From Inhella sp. (GTDB lineage Bacteria > Pseudomonadota > Gammaproteobacteria > Burkholderiales > Burkholderiaceae_C): a DNA stretch of 64,000 bases. The stretch spans positions 377 through 64,376 of the forward strand of contig NZ_JAPZSY010000052.1 of the NCBI RefSeq assembly GCF_027532025.1, given 5' to 3'. Below are positions 63,799-64,000 of this stretch, piece after piece; positions within the stretch are counted from its first letter, which is position 1; each line of letters begins with the position of its first letter. Below the pieces are notes generated by a model, which saw only the letters and a list, made by a program, of their open reading frames with translations, ran no database searches and was not told the origin of the DNA. Both the position numbers and the translations under genes were made by a program.

Positions 63799-64000
63799 AT
63801 GTCCCGTCGCGTCCGACGTCCCGTCTTCCCCGCTGCCCGGGTGCTGGCCCGAGGGGCCTCGGTCGGCCCGACCGCGCGGCCGACCGCCTGCGCGGGCGTC
63901 CCAGCCAGGCGCGCGCCCATGCGCCCCGGCCCAGCTCTGCCGCAGGTGCAGGCGCCGCCGCCCACCAGGCAGACGCAAGGGGCGCGTGAATCGCTGCTGC
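63799..64000 (+). CDS. Possible 5' end of a TetR-controlled gene (runs off the window)
   Basis: The ATG at 63799 is preceded by AGGAG (63790-94) and is open to the window end. Third codon positions are mostly G/C. The product so far (MSRRVRRPVFPAARVLARGAS...) is uninformative. Confidence 0.3.
   Translation, partial: MSRRVRRPVFPAARVLARGASVGPTARPTACAGVPARRAPMRPGPALPQVQAPPPTRQTQGARESLL

Overview
High-GC chromosomal segment. Hand counts of sample stretches give about 70% GC, dropping to about 53-62% between 54.1 and 57.5 kb. Gene content and synteny look like core genome of a betaproteobacterium of the Burkholderiales; that placement is inference from gene families only. I support about 62 protein-coding genes and found no rRNA, tRNA, CRISPR array, transposase, integrase or phage gene by eye. 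Recognisable blocks: nadA / nadB flanking a ComFB-pilin insert; a pirin-LysR pair; gluQ; a tandem FKBP; an RhlE-like DEAD-box helicase with a 39-bp tandem-repeat tail; a six-gene fatty-acid-oxidation-like operon with an embedded sensor-less chemoreceptor; msrB-yciB-bolA-ppiC; tesA/ABC ATPase; def; glnA-DUF4124-ntrB-ntrC with a readable sigma54 promoter and NtrC sites; phaC-phaA-phaB; lapG-lapD with an HDOD neighbour; a cNMP/CBS/DUF294 nucleotidyltransferase plus DEDDh exonuclease next to a two-subunit Na+/solute symporter; prfB with its +1 frameshift; pepN; fbp; and a TetR regulator with an operator array. Nothing resembles a classical defence island. The best candidates for undescribed biology are: (i) the nucleotidyltransferase-exonuclease pair beside the symporter; (ii) the chemoreceptor inside the beta-oxidation-like operon; (iii) a translationally coupled envelope-type cluster (AIM24-like, beta-propeller, deacetylase, hydroxylase, EI24-like, CinA-N-like); (iv) an adhesin-less LapG-LapD module coupled to an OYE reductase; (v) the ComFB-pilin pair inside the NAD locus. 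All functional calls come from motif recognition by eye. No database search was run.
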